DNA of 64,000 nucleotides from Macrostomum hystrix (GCA_950097015.1 CATNEN010000034.1:6014001-6078000); one strand, 5' to 3'; positions 23,690 to 38,250 are shown, numbered from the stretch's first letter. A program made the numbers and translations. The notes: generated by a model not told the origin, from the letters alone.

Positions 23690-24305
23690 GGATACTGAAG
23701 ATGGGGTTTTGGGTGGGTGGATACTGAAGATGGGGTTTTGGGGTGGGTGGATACTGAAGATGGGGTTTGGGTGGGTGGATACTGAAGATGGGGTTTGGGG
23801 TGGGTGGATACTGAAGATGGGGTTTGGGGTGGGTGGATACTGAAGATGGGGTTTTGGGGTGGGTGGACACTAAAGATGGGGTTTGAGGTGGGTGGACACT
23901 GAAGATGGGGTTTTGGGGTGGGTGGACACTAAAGATGGGGTTTGAGGTGGGTGGACATTGAAGATGGGGTTTTGGGGTGGGTGGATACTGAAGATGGGGT
24001 TTTGGGGTGGGTGGATACTAAAGATGGGGTTTGAGGTGGGTGGACACTGAAGATGGGGTTTGGGGTGGGTGGATACTAAAGATGGGGTTTGGGGTGGGTG
24101 GATACTGAAGATGGGGTTTGGGGTGGGTGGACACTGAAGATGGGGTTTGGGGTGGTTGGATGCTGAAGATGGGGTTTGGGGTGGGTGGACACTGAAGATG
24201 GGGTTTGGGGTGGTTGGATGCTGAAGATGGGGTTTTGGGGTGGGTGGACACTGAAGATGGGGATTTTGGGTGGGTGGACACTGAAGATGGGGTTTTTGGG
24301 TGGGT
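23690..24305. repeat. 28-30-bp G-rich minisatellite (GATACTGAAGATGGGGTTTTGGGGTGGGTG)
   Basis: Directly visible. Confidence 0.95.
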
Positions 24306-24669
24306 CGATTCAGTAGATAATGAATGCGGTGCTGAATGAAGCGGAATATTATTATAATGAAATTATTTCTCTATAGGTTGTCAGGCTGGTACATATAAAA
24401 ATGTTTAATCTCTATATTAATTCTACAAAAACTCTCTGTGAGTCGACAACGAGGTTCGGAAATTCCCGAATCTCCTAAATGAAAATGAAATTCTTCCTGT
24501 TTTGACTGTCTGGCAGCTCTGCGTCCGAAGCCTTGGAAAAAGCAGAGCATTGCAGCTAGTCGAGATGAAGTTCTAGGTTGAACAGCGAATGCTTGATTGA
24601 CGCCTGAAAGGCTGCCGCATTCCTAAAATGATTTTTCATCATTTTAATGGACTGTGAGCGGCTCTGTTG

Positions 24670-25120
24670 AGAGATTAGACAGAAATTAGGAGAGATTAGA
24701 CAGAAATTAAGAGAGATTAGACAGAAATTAGGAGCGATTAGACAGAAATTAGGAGATATTGGACGGAATTTAGAAGATATTGGACAGAAATTAGAAGATA
24801 TTAGACAAAAATTAGGAGAGATTAGACAGAAATTAGGAGAGATTAGACAGAAATTAGGAGAGATTAGACAGAAATTAGGAGCGATTAGACAGAAATTAGG
24901 AGATAATGGACAGAATTTAGAAGATATTGGACAGAAATTAGAAGATATTAGACAGAAATTAGGAGATATTGGACAGAAATTAGGAGATATTGGACAGAAT
25001 TTAGAAGATATTAGACAGAAATTAGAAGAGATTAGACAGAATTTAGGAGAGATTAGACAGAATTTAGGAGATATTGGACAGAAATTAGGAGAGATTAGAC
25101 AGAAATTAGAAAATATTCAG
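24670..25120. repeat. 21-bp minisatellite (GAGATTAGACAGAAATTAGGA)
   Basis: Directly visible. Confidence 0.93.
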
Positions 25121-25684
25121 AGATAGTTTGTCGGTCTATAAGCCTATGTGAGCCTGTGCTGCTACATCGCAAGCTCCAAGAGACTGACAGCATGAATATG
25201 ATTTTGTGACCCAGATTTGGTCGACATCCAATTTGACTGCTGAGAAGACCCTCAGTTCCGGCTGGCCGATTTCCAGGCTAAAATTTGAAGCAGAAAAATA
25301 ACGAAGATGAGCAATCATACTTTTTTAATAAAATTGTTACTAACAATGGAACAGACTGCTATTTAACTGTGATTCACTGTACTTTCATTAACGGACTAGC
25401 ATAGCACGCTAAGCTCAGACACACAATGTCGCCTTCAGGGAATTAATTAAGTCTTTCTAGGCGGCATTCCTTATTAGAGGCACGTGACGCCTCTGGCAGC
25501 AGCTGGTCGCGTCGATTTCATGATATTGACGCACCAGTACTAACTCAGCCAGCTCAATAGATCTGCTCAATGATTCTAGCCAGCACTTGCCAACCTCAGT
25601 CAACAGCACGAATACCTTGCTTAACTCTGTTGCCATTGCTCATCTCTGTATTCTGTATCCTTCTCTCTTACTCTTCTTCTTCTT

Positions 25685-25965
25685 CCATCTCTCTTCTCCC
25701 TGTCTCTTCCATCTCTCTTCTCCCTGTCTCTTCCATCTCTCTTCTCCCTGTCTCTACCATCTCTCTTCTCCCTGTCTCTACCATCTCTCTTCTCCCTGTC
25801 TCTACCATCTCTCTTCTCCCTGTCTCTACCATCTCTCTTCTCCCTGTCTCTACCATCTCTCTTCTCCCTGTCTCTACCATCTCTCTTCTCCCTGTCTCTA
25901 CCATCTCTCTTCTCCCTGTCTCTTCCATCTCTCTTCTCCCTGTCTCTACCATCTCTCTGTTCTCA
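25685..25965. repeat. 24-bp pyrimidine-rich minisatellite (CTCTTCTCCCTGTCTCTACCATCT)
   Basis: About 11 units, then a degenerate CT-rich tail to about 26140. Confidence 0.93.
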
Positions 25966-27049
25966 GTCTCTACCTTCTCTCTTCTCTCAGTCTCCCATCT
26001 CTCTTCTCTCTGCTCTCAGTCTCTCCCATCTCTCCTCTCTTCTCACAGTCTCACATCTGTCTTCTTACAGTCTCACATCTCTCTTCTCACAGTTTTCCCA
26101 TCTTTCTTCTGTCAGTCTTTCTCATCTCTTTTCCTATCTTTTTGAGTTCCGGTTTCTCACGTAGCCCCTGACCCTCTATCGAATGTGGCCTGATTCCAAG
26201 TCCCGCAGAGAATGGCATACATAGTTCAACACTAGACTGGAAATAGTGGCAAAGTCCATACTATTTGGTATAAACCAATCCTTCCTAGCTGATGGAAATG
26301 AATAATTTAAGTCCACACCTTTGTCGCCATGACAGCTAGAGAAGACTTTATCATCTTTCTCACCCGTCCACTTTTTGTGACTGAATAATTTAAACTTTGC
26401 TTAATTATGCAGAGCGCCGGAGACTGGAAAAAATAAATGACAAAAAAGCAGCAACCGACCGATCAGTCATTTGTTGAATGACCCAGCAATACACAGCACT
26501 GCACACGTATGCTAGCTATAATGCCCTGGCACACAGAACTACTCGCAGATGTGAAAATTCCCTGCTACTGGAAGCAAAAGTTTTTCACTAGCAACCTTTC
26601 ATTGGACATTCGCCCTGGTGCCCAGTTGGAAATCTCATTAACTCTGACTGTATACTGACTGCTCAACTGCTCAACTGCTCAACTGCAGCCAGTATGCGAG
26701 AGCAACTCAACTCAACTCACTCACAATTGCTTCGCCTCGGGAAAAGAAGAAAAATTAGGACTCAAATTGACTCGGACACTCCGACCGACTGCCGGTGAGG
26801 CGACTGCAATAGAACCGCCACAGAATCTGGGACACTAGAGTTAATCCCAGCTGGGGAAATTTTGCCAGCTGGAGGTCAGTGATTATGGTAACGAACAGCT
26901 TCCACACCCTGGGGGTCAGTGGGAAGCAGCTAGCTCTACCTTACTTAGATTTCTTAGAAATATACAACTGGACTTTTGGAAGTTCTTTTCTGGCCTCCTT
27001 GATATTTGAGCACTCAATTAGTTTTATCTCCTCTCTTATCTCATTCTCC

Positions 27050-27840
27050 CATACTCTCCCCAGATCCCCATAATCTCCCATTCTATCCCCAGACCCCAAT
27101 AATCTCCCATTCTATCCCCAGACCCCAATAATCTCCCATTCCATCCCCAGATCCCCATAATCTCCCATTCTATCCCCAGACCCCAATAATCTCCCATTCC
27201 ATCCCCAGATCCCCATAATCTCCCATTCTATCCCCAGACCCCAATAATCTCCCATTCCATCCCCAGATCCCCATAATTTCTCATTCTATCCCCAGATCCC
27301 AATAGTCTCCCATTCTATCTTCATATCCCAATAATCTTCCATTCTCTTCCCAGATCCCCATAATCTCACACTCTCTTCCCAGATCCCCATAATCTCCCAC
27401 TCTCTTCCCAGATCCCCATAATCTCACACTCTCTTCCCAGATCCCCATAATCTCACACTCTCTTCCCAGATCCCCATAATCTCACACTCTCTTCCCAGAT
27501 CCCCATAATCTCCCACTCTCTTCCCAGATCCCCATAATCTCACACTCTCTTCCCAGATCCCCATAATCTCACACTCTCTTCCCAGATCCCCATAATCTCC
27601 CACTCTCTTCCCAGATCCCCATAATCTCACACTCTCTTCCCAGATCCCCATAATCTCACACTCTCTTCCCAGATCCCCATAATCTCCCACTCTCTTCCCA
27701 GATCCCAATAATCTTCCATTCTCTTCCCAGATCCCCATAATCTCCCACTCTCCACCCAGATCCCAATAATCTTCCATTCTCTTCCCAGATCCCGATAATC
27801 TCCCACTTTCTCACCAGGTCAAAATAATCTCCCATTCTCT
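27050..27840. repeat. 29-bp minisatellite (CCAGATCCCCATAATCTCACACTCTCTTC)
   Basis: Directly visible. Confidence 0.95.
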
Positions 27841-28440
27841 ACTTTGATCCCAATATTATCTTCTTTTATTTTGTACTTTTTTATTTTTGTCTCAGTACGT
27901 CTTTCTAAAATTTGCAGGCCTGTTCTTGCATTTTTATGGTTATTAGTTTCACCAGGGTAGCCGTGCTAGTTTTTCTGGTACGCGAATGCAAAAGGCAATT
28001 GACAATAAAAGTACTTTGCCTTACAGTTGGCAGCAACTAAGAAATAGTAAAAAACTAGAAGCAGAGAAATCAGTGCGTCACCATTTATTGCCAATTTTCG
28101 CCAGGAAAGAATATAAAAGTTCATACTTTCTTTGTTAAGAAATCACAAATCTGTAGAGAATGAAGCGTTGGAAAAGTTTAGGAATGCGTAAATAAATACA
28201 AAACCCTTTGGTGTGATACAGCCCCACTACAATATTAGACAAAGCGCTACCTGATAATTACTGCTAGAGTGGATAGAGGTTGAGACAGCACATTCGTATA
28301 GAGGACTGTTGTGACAAGGGCTCCCACGCTTTTGCTAATGCTCGCGCCTTACTCAAACTTCTCAGAGAATCACATTCGGGTTGTATATAGGAGCAGAGGC
28401 TTAGAGTAGAATAGAAAACACTCACGAGCAAGCACAAGCA

Positions 28441-28641
28441 ATGCCAGCAGCAGCAACAGCAGCAGCAGCAGTGTCGGCTCCGTTGCTTCGCCAGGGCCTG
28501 CAGCGAACTCGCAGCTCCGCCAGTAGCGGCGGAGGACCCGGAGGTCGGCAGCTCAGCGCCCTGGTGGAAGCTGACGAAACCGACACGCCGCCGACATCGC
28601 CACTATCTCCAACGTCACCGCAGCATCCAGCGTCTGTAAAG

Positions 28642-28679
<38 letters not shown>

Positions 28680-29039
28680 CAGGCGTCGGCGGTCAGTATT
28701 CAGTCTCAACCATCTTCGTCGACTTTTCTCTAGGCGCCCGCCGCGGTCGCCGTCAAGTTCATCGACTCCCCAGCCGACGCAGGCGTTGGCCGCGGCGCAA
28801 GCGAAATGGCTGGGAGCTGGCCGAGTCAGGCTGGCTGCAGGAGCCAGCGCGGCAGACTTTGTCCATCGGCCGGTGGAGCAGCTGCTGGCGGCTGCCGCGG
28901 CTAAACGACGCCAAGCTCTCGCCTCCTCTTCCGTCTCAACGAATTCTTCTTTGTCGACGACGATGTCAGTGTTTCCGGTTGCCATGGTGACTGTGCTAGT
29001 CAACGGATTGAGCTTTTGCCTGATTCAGTCCACGGATAG
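28441..29039 (+). CDS. PTB/PID-domain adaptor protein, exon 1
   Basis: Low-complexity N-terminus with a Q11 tract, then AKWLGAGRV (PTB YLG-like strand), helix FVHRPVEQLL and VAMVTVLVNGLSF (beta strand). Donor AG|gtaatg, phase 2. Confidence 0.7.
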
Positions 29040-29367
29040 GTAATGAAAACGGGTTGATGAATGACTTTCGAATCTTTAACAGTAGAACTACCATGGTGGT
29101 AATATTCCCCTGACAACAGGTGCAACTAGGCCACTATGGACACCCTGACGCGAATTTCTCGAATTTCACTGATCAAGCCTAAATATTAGGTGCAGCTCAA
29201 CCACAGGATACCATCGCCTAGTCTGTCAACCAATCAGTCACCACCCAACGCTGTTAGCACTCAGGCGCTGCCAAAAATATTTTAGGGGGGAAACATTGTT
29301 ATGAAAACGGGCGGCAAAATGGCTTGGTAGTCCAACTGCTAATTACTAAAAATGTTTTCGTATTCAG

Positions 29368-29758
<391 letters not shown>

Positions 29759-29794
29759 GTACATCCTTGAGTTTAATATAACCGGTGATTTTTT

Positions 29795-29945
29795 AGGCAC
29801 AGTCGAGACTCACATGAGTAGGGACTCTGTAGGTCAGGAGTTCGAATCTCATCCCAAACGGAAACAATTAACGTTATTCACCACTTGATTCCCAAGTGCT
29901 TCAATTTATCCAGCTGTAAAATTGGTTCCAGCGTTGGCTGGGTGT
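29795..29945 (+). mobile_element. Diverged CORE-like SINE fragment
   Basis: Box-B-like GAGTTCGAATCTC and CCAGCTGTAAAATTGGTTCCAGC resemble family A. Confidence 0.45.
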
Positions 29946-30002
29946 CGACTTTTACTACGTGAAAAGCATTTTTAGTAATTAACAGTTGGACTTCATCCGA
30001 CG

Positions 30003-31830
30003 TAGCAAGTAGGATGATGTCTAGCAAGTAGGATGATGTCTAGCAAGTAGGATGATGTCTAGCAAGTAGGATGATGTCTAGCAAGTAGGATGATGTCTAA
30101 CAAGTAGGATGATGTCTAACAAGTAGGATGATGTCTAACAAGTAGGATGATGTCTAGCAAGTAGGATGATGTCTAGCAAGTAGGATGATGTCTAACAAGT
30201 AGGATGATGTCTAGCAAGTAGGATGATGTCTAACCAGTAGGATGATGTCTAACAAGTAGGATGATGTCTAGCAAGTAGGATGATGTCTAGCAAGTAGGAT
30301 GATGTCTAACAAGTAGGATGATGTCTAACAAGTAGGATGATGTCTAGCAAGTAGGATGATGTCTAGCAAGTAGGATGATGTCTAACAAGTAGGATGATGT
30401 CTAGCAAGTAGGATGATGTCTAACCAGTAGGATGATGTCTAACAAGTAGGATGATGTCTAACAAGTACGATGATGTCTAGCAAGTAGGATAATGTCTAAC
30501 AAGTAGGGTGATGTCTAGCAAGTAGGAGAGTCTAGCAAGTAGGATGATGTCTAACAAGTAGGATGATGTCTAGCATGTAGGATGATGTCTAACAAGTAGG
30601 ATAATGTCTAACAAGTAGGATAATGTCTAACAAGTAGGATGATGTCTAACAAGTAGGATGATGTCTAACCAGTAGGATGATGTCTACCAAGTAGGATAAT
30701 GTCTAACAAGTAGGATAATGTCTAACAAGTAGGGTGATGTCTGACATGTAGGATAATGTCTAACAAGTAGGATAATGTCTGACATGTAGGATAATGTCTA
30801 ACAAGTACGATGATTTCTAACAAGTAGGATGATGTCTGACAAGTAGGATAATGTCTGACAAGTAGGATAATGTCTAACAAGTAGGATGATGTCTAGCAAG
30901 TAGGGTGATGTCTAACAAGTAGGATAATGTCTGACATGTAGGATGATGTCTAACAAGTAGGGTGATGTCTAACAAGTAGGGTGATGTCTAGCAAGTAGGA
31001 TAATGTCTAACAAGTAGGATAATGTCTAACAAGTAGGATAATGTCTGACATGTAGGATAATGTCTAACATGTAGGATAATGTCTAACAAGTAGGATAATG
31101 TCTAACAAGTAGGATAATGTCTGACATGTAGGATAATGTCTAACATGTAGGATAATGTCTAACAAGTAGGATGATGACTAACCAGTAGGATGATGTCTAA
31201 CAAGTAGGATGATGTCTAACCAGTAGGATGATGTCTAACCAGTAGGATGATGTCTAACAATAAAGATGATGTCTAACAAGTAGGATGATGTCTAACAAGT
31301 AGGATAATGTCTGACATGTAGGATGATGTCTAACAAGTAGGATAATGTCTGACATGTAGGATGATGTCTAACAAGTAGGGTGATGTCTAACAAGTAGGAT
31401 GATGTCTAACAAGTAGGGTGATGTCTAGCAAGTAGGATAATGTCTAACCAGTAGGATGATGTCTAACCAGTAGGATGATGTCTAACAATAAAAATGATGT
31501 CTAACAAGTAGGATGATGTCTAGCATGTAGGATAATGTCTAACAAGTAGGATGATGTCTAACATGTAGGATAATGTCTAACAAGTAGGATAATGTCTAAC
31601 AAGTAGGATGATGTCTAACCAGTAGGATGATGTCTAACCAGTAGGATAATGTCTAACAAGTAGGATGATGTCTAACAAGTAGGATGATGTCTAACAAGTA
31701 GGGTGATGTCTAACAAGTAGGGTGATGTCTAGCAAGTAGGATTATGTCTAACAAGTAGGGTGATGTCTAGCAAGTAGGATAATGTCTAACAAGTAGGATG
31801 ATGTCTAACAAGTAGGGTGATGTCTAATAG
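30003..31830. repeat. 19-bp minisatellite (GTCTAGCAAGTAGGATGAT)
   Basis: About 95 units with point variants. Confidence 0.98.
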
Positions 31831-32224
31831 CTACGGCAAGATCTATCTATCTCTTTGTGTAAGCTAAATTTTAAACGAAATTTCGACGCAAAGTTAGCGA
31901 ATAAGCAGTGCCTGTAAAATATAGCTTCAATAATTTCGGCGATTCAAATGACACCAAGACAAACATCGTTTTGGACTCAGTTGAACCGCCGGCATTCAAC
32001 ACGAGGATGCGATACGAGAAAAGAGAAATTGCGAGTAACTCAAGATACTAAGCCCATACTAGGCACGCATGACGATATGAGACATGGGATTATTGTGATG
32101 TCAATTCAAAAGGGTGTTTTGTTGCTGAGGCCAATATAAATCACGACATCGAATTGAATAGCAAAGGATCTGCTGTGCAATTATAATTGTGGCGTAAGTA
32201 TTTACCTGGCTTAAATATTCCCTG

Positions 32225-34130
32225 TCTGTGAGTCCCAGATCCTTCAGTCTGTGAGTCCCAGATCCTTCAGTCTGTGAGTCCCAGATCCTCCAATCTGTGA
32301 GTCCCAGATCCTTCAGTCTGTGAGTCCCAGATCCTCCAATCTGTGAGTCCCAGATCCTTCAGTCTGTGAGTCCCAGATTCGTCAGTCTGTGAGTCCCAGA
32401 TCATTCAGTCTGTGAGTCCCAGATCATTCAGTCTGTGAGTCTCAGATCCTTCAGTCTGTGAGTCCCAGATCATTCAGTCTGTGAGTCCCAGATCATTCAG
32501 TCTGTGAGTCCCAGATCTTTCAGTCTGTGAGACCCAGATAATTCAGTCTGTGAGTCCCAGATCTTTCAGTCTGTGAGTCCCAGATCCTTCAGTCTGTGAG
32601 TCCCAGATTCGTCAGTCTGTGAGTCCCAGATTCGTCAGTCTGTGAGTCCCAGATCCTTCAGTATGTGAGTCCCAGATCTTTCAGTATGTGAGTCCCAGAT
32701 TCGTCAGTCTGTGAGTCCCAGATCTTTCAGTCTGTGAGTCCCAAATCTTTCAGTCTGTGAGTCCCAGATCCTTCAGTCTGTGAGTCCCAGATCCTTCAGT
32801 ATGTGAGTCCCAGATATTTCAGTCTGTGAGTCCCAGATATTTCAGTCTGTGAGTCCTAGATTCGTCAGTCTGTGAGTCCCAGATCTTTCAGTCTGTGAGT
32901 CCCAAATCTTTCAGTCTGTGAGTCCCAGATCCTTCAGTCTGTGAGTCCCAGATTCGTCAGTCTGTGAGTCCCAGATCCTTCAGTCTGTGAGTCCCAGATC
33001 CTTCTGTCTGTGAGTCCCAGATCCTCCAATCTGTGAGTCCCAGATCCTTCAGTCTGTGAGTCCCAGATCCTCCAATCTGTGAGTCCCAGATCCTTCAGTC
33101 TGTGAGTCCCAGATTCGTCAGTCTGTGAGCCCCAGATCATTCAGTCTGTGAGTCCCAGATCATTCAGTCTGTGAGTCCCAGATTCGTCAGTCTGTGAGTC
33201 CCAGATCCTTCAGTCTGTGAGTCCCAGATCCTTCTGTCTGTGAGTCCCAGATCCTCCAATCTGTGAGTCCCAGATCCTTCAGTCTGTGAGTCCCAGATCC
33301 TCCAATCTGTGAGTCCCAGATCCTTCAGTCTGTGAGTCCCAGATTCGTCAGTCTGTGAGCCCCAGATCATTCAGTCTGTGAGTCCCAGATCATTCAGTCT
33401 GTGAGTCTCAGATCCTTCAGTCTGTGAGTCCCAGATCCTCCAATCTGTGAGTCCCAGATCCTTCAGTCTGTGAGTCCCAGATTCGTCAGTCTGTGAGTCC
33501 CAGATCCTTCAGTCTGTGAGTCCCAGATCCTTCAGTCTGTGAGTCCCAGATCTTTCAGTATGTGAGTCCCAGATCCTTCAGTCTGTGAGTCCCAGATCAA
33601 TCAGTCTGTGAGTCCCAGATCAATCAGTCTGTGAGTCCCAGATCCTTCAGTTTGTGAGTCCCAGATTCGTCAGTCTGTGAGTACCAGATCATTCAGTCTG
33701 TGAGTCCCAGATTCGTCAGTCTGTGAGTCCCAGATCATTCAGTCTGTGAGTCCCAGATTCGTCAGTCTGTGAGTCACAGATCCTTCAGTCTGTGAGTCCC
33801 AGATCATTCAGTCTGTGAGTCCCAGATCATTCAGTCTGTGAGTCCCAGATCATTCAGTCTGTGAGTCCCAGATCATTCAGTCTGTGAGTCCCAGATTCGT
33901 CGGTCTGTGAGTCCCAGATTCGTCAGTCTGTGAATCCCAGATCATTCAGTCTGTGAGTCCCAGATCATTCAGTCTGTGAGTCCCAGATCCTTCAGTCTGT
34001 GAGTCTCAGATCCTTCAGTCTGTGAGTCCCAGATTCGTCAGGCTGTGAGTCCCAAATCCTTCAGTCTGTGAGTCCCAGATCCTTCAGTCTGTGAGTCCCA
34101 GATCCTTCAGTCTGTGAGTCCCAGATTCTT
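32225..34130. repeat. 23-bp minisatellite (GTCTGTGAGTCCCAGATCCTTCA)
   Basis: About 82 units, including an internal 230-bp block duplication. Confidence 0.98.
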
Positions 34131-34849
34131 TTAACAATTAGCAATTTGTGTTTTGAATTCAGTTCCATGTTGAGCTATTCCACCAAACTAGCAATAGTTT
34201 CCAGTTAAGTCTTGTTCGTGCAAGTAAGAAGCTCTATAGAAAGCAAATTTCCAAAAATAGAACACTGCCCCACTTGCACGGCATCAGTAGCTCAAATGGA
34301 CAGGGAGGTATTCCATCAACTGTCAACTTTGTATCAAAGGAATACAATGCCAGAATTGAAGCAAGAAATTTTTTTGAAGTCTAAAAGCTGATCAGATTGC
34401 AAGGTGGATTTGGATTCAGATTTCAAATATGACTGAAAAATTCAGGTCTGGTCTATCATTCGTACGAGCTAAGTGGCAAATACGAGCTAATATTCAAGAT
34501 AAACAACTTTGAGACAAGTGAGACAATGACGGCAAAGACGAGTGTACTAAGTGAGGTACCTCAAGTAAGAAGAGAAAGGAATGGGTCAACACAAGGAGCC
34601 AGTAGACAAGCTAGATTACAATAGCAAAAAAACGAAGGAAAATGCTACTGTGACCTTCAGCTCTGTTTACATGCTGAAAAAAAGCGTAGAATTTATTGAA
34701 AGAGCTTAAACAGATGTTTTGTCTGAAACATTCAAATCTGATTGTTTTTTGCTTGATTTTAAGCCATTTCAATCAAATGCTTATCGTGACTAGAAAAATG
34801 TTACTGAATATTTTTTTTGCTTGCTTCAATAATTCCTTCTGGCTATTGC

Positions 34850-35925
34850 CAGACCTACTTCTATTCTCATCCCTACTTCAATTCGCATCCCTACTTCTAT
34901 TCTCATCCCTACTTCTATTCTCATCCCTACTTCTATTCTCATCCCTACTTCCATTCTCATCCCTACTTCTATTCTCATCCCTACTTCTATTCTCATCTCT
35001 ACTTCTATTCTCATCCCTACTTCTATTCTCATCCCTACTTCTATTCTCATCCCTACTTCCATTCTCATCCCTACTTCTATTCTCATCCCTACTTCTATTC
35101 TCATCCCTACTTCTATTCGCATCCCTACTTCTATTCTCATCCCTACTTCTATTCTCATCCCTACTTCTATTCGCATCCCTACTTCTATTCGCATCCCTAC
35201 TTCTATTCGCATCCCTACTTCTATTCTCATCCCTACTTCTATTCTCATCCCTACTTCTATTCTCATCCCTACTTCTATTCTCATCCCTACTTCTATTCTC
35301 ATCCCTACTTCTATTCTCATCCCTACTTCTATTCGCATCCCTACTTCTATTCGCATCCCTACTTCTATTCTCATCCCTACTTCTATTCTCATCCCTACTT
35401 CTATTCGCATCCCTACTTCTATTCTCATCCCTACTTCTATTCGCATCCCTACTTCTATTCGCATCCCTACTTCTATTCTCATCCCTACTTCTATTCTCAT
35501 CCCTACTTCTATTCGCATCCCTACTTCTATTCTCATCCCTACTTCTATTCTCATCCCTACTTCTATTCGCATCCCTACTTCTATTCTCATCCCTACTTCT
35601 ATTCGCATCCCTACTTCAATTCACATTCCTACTTCTATTCTCATCCCTACTTCTATTCTCATCCCTACTTCTATTCTCATCCCTACTTCTATTCTCATCC
35701 CTACTTCTATTCTCATCCCTACTTCTATTCTCATCCCTACTTCTATTCTCATCCCTACTTCTATTCTCATCCCTACTTCTAATCTCATACCTACTTCAAT
35801 TCACATTCCTACTTCTATTCTCATCCCTACTTCTATTCTCATCCCTACTTCTATTCTCATCCCTACTTCTATTCTCATCCCTACTTCAATTCTCATCCCT
35901 ACTTCTTATCTCATCCCTACTCTAG
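34850..35925. repeat. 18-bp minisatellite (CTACTTCTATTCTCATCC)
   Basis: About 60 units. Confidence 0.98.
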
Positions 35926-36020
35926 TCTCAAGCCTATGTTCTCTTGTATCTGTTCTCTTGGCATCCACAAGAGATGTCTTGTGAATCGTCAATTAAAAGT
36001 ACAAATTCTATTAGCTTGTT

Positions 36021-36060
36021 TTTAGGCCCGAGCCGAAGCAGGGCTAAAATACGGACTAGT
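36021..36060 (+). mobile_element. Possible Helitron 3' terminus (hairpin + CTAG|T)
   Basis: TTTAGGCCC-GAGCCGAAGCA-GGGCTAAA stem-loop, followed about 10 nt later by CTAG|T. Confidence 0.45.
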
Positions 36061-36504
36061 AAAAAGTGCAACAAGTAAAAAATGGTGGCTAAGCTGGAAT
36101 CTAAGCAAAAACATTATTCATCCGAAAGTATAGGAAAAATTATATCAAAATTTAGCTAAAAATCCCGAGCCGTGGGAAACAGAGAGGAACAGGGATTGCA
36201 CAAGTTGGACCCAGTCTAGATCGATCTCAACAGCAGCCAGCCTCAACAAATTAGCATGCCTAATTATAGCCAGAGACTGACTCGATGGTCCTTACACTCG
36301 ATCGCTCTCCGCTCTCACAGAGAGAAAGCCGTTGTTTCCATGCCGTTGATTTCTGTGCCAGAATTGAATACATTGGAGCTCAATAAATAGTCGAGTTTGA
36401 CATGCTGATTGACTGCCAAGGAATGATCCGGCCCTTGTTTGTTGAGGAACCCCAAAGATACTAACTGATGTTAGGCATGCGAGATGGGTAAGAGAAACTA
36501 TGTT

Positions 36505-38250
36505 GTTCAGTGGATGGAGGTTGTAGTTCAGTGGATGGAGGTTGTAGTTCAGTGGATGGAGGTTGTAGTTCAGTGGATGGAGGTTGTAGTTCAGTGGATG
36601 GAGGTTGTAATTCAGTGGATGGAGGTTGTAGTTCAGTGGATGGAGGTTGTAGTTCAGTGGATGGAGGTTGTAGTTCAGTGGATGGAGGTTGTAGTTCAGT
36701 GGATGGAGGTTGTTGTTCAGTGGATGGAGGTTGTTGTTCAGTGGATGGAGGTTGTAGTTCAGTGGATGGAGGTTGTAGTTCAGTGGATGGAGGTTGTAGT
36801 TCAGTGGATGGAGGTTGTAATTCAGTGGATGGAGGTTGTAGTTCAGTGGATGGAGGTTGTAGTTCAGTGGATGGAGGTTGTAGTTCAGTGGATGGAGGTT
36901 GTAGTTCAGTGGATGGAGGTTGTAGTTCAGTGGATGGAGGTTGTTGTTCAGTGGATGGAGATTGTAGTTCAGTGGATGGAGGTTGTTGTTCAGTGGATGG
37001 AGGTTGTTGTTCAGTGGATGGAGGTTGTAGTTCAGTGGATGGAGGTTGTAGTTCAGTGGATGGAGGTTGTTGTTCAGTGGATGGAGGTTGTAGTTCAGTG
37101 GATGGAGGTTGTAGTCCAGTGGATGGAGGTTGTAGTTCAGTGGATGGAGGTTGTAGTTCAGTGGATGGAGGTTGTAGTTCAGTGGATGGAGGTTGTTGTT
37201 CAGTGGATGGAGGTTGTTGTTCAGTGGATGGAGGTTGTAGTTCAGTGGATGGAGGTTGTAGTTCAGTGGATGGAGGTTGTAGTTCAGTGGATGGAGGTTG
37301 TAATTCAGTGGATGGAGGTTGTAGTTCAGTGGATGGAGGTTGTAGTTCAGTGGATGGAGGTTGTAGTTCAGTGGATGGAGGTTGTAGTTCAGTGGATGGA
37401 GGTTGTAGTTCAGTGGATGGAGGTTGTTGTTCAGTGGATGGAGATTGTAGTTCAGTGGATGGAGGTTGTTGTTCAGTGGATGGAGGTTGTTGTTCAGTGG
37501 ATGGAGGTTGTAGTTCAGTGGATGGAGGTTGTAGTTCAGTGGATGGAGGTTGTTGTTCAGTGGATGGAGGTTGTAGTTCAGTGGATGGAGGTTGTAGTCC
37601 AGTGGATGGAGGTTGTAGTTCAGTGGATGGAGGTTGTAGTTCAGTGGATGGAGGTTGTAGTTCAGTGGATGGAGGTTGTTGTTCAGTGGATGGAGGTTGT
37701 AGTTCAGTGGATGGAGGTTGTAGTTCAGTGGATGGAGGTTGTAGTTCAGTGGATGGAGGTTGTAGTCCAGTGGATGGAGGTTGTAGTTCAGTGGATGGAG
37801 GTTGTAGTTCAGTGGATGGAGGTTGTTGTTCAGTGGATGGAGATTGTAGTTCAGTGGATGGAGGTTGTAGTTCAGTGGATGGAGGTTGTAGTCCAGTGGA
37901 TGGAGGTTGTAGTCCAGTGGATGGAGGTTGTAGTTCAGTGGATGGAGGTTGTAGTCCAGTGGATGGAGGTTGTTGTTCAGTGGATGGAGATTGTAGTTCA
38001 GTGGATGGAGGTTGTAGTTCAGTGGATGGAGGTTGTAGTCCAGTGGATGGAGGTTGTAGTCCAGTGGATGGAGGTTGTAGTTCAGTGGATGGAGGTTGTA
38101 GTTCAGTGGATGGAGGTTGTAGTCCAGTGGATGGAGGTTGTAGTTCAGTGGATGGAGGTTGTAGTCCAGTGGATGGAGGCTGTAGTCCAGTGGATGGAGT
38201 TTGTAGTTCAGTGGATGGAGGCTGTAGTCCAGTGGATGGAGGTTGGTTTT
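36505..38250. repeat. 21-bp minisatellite (GGAGGTTGTAGTTCAGTGGAT)
   Basis: About 83 units, including a 483-bp (23-unit) higher-order duplication. Confidence 0.98.

Noticed and set aside
26560-26880. Promoter or 5'UTR-exon-like region ending in GGAG|gtcagt, possibly for the PTB gene
   Set aside because: It is plausible but has no independent support from sequence alone.
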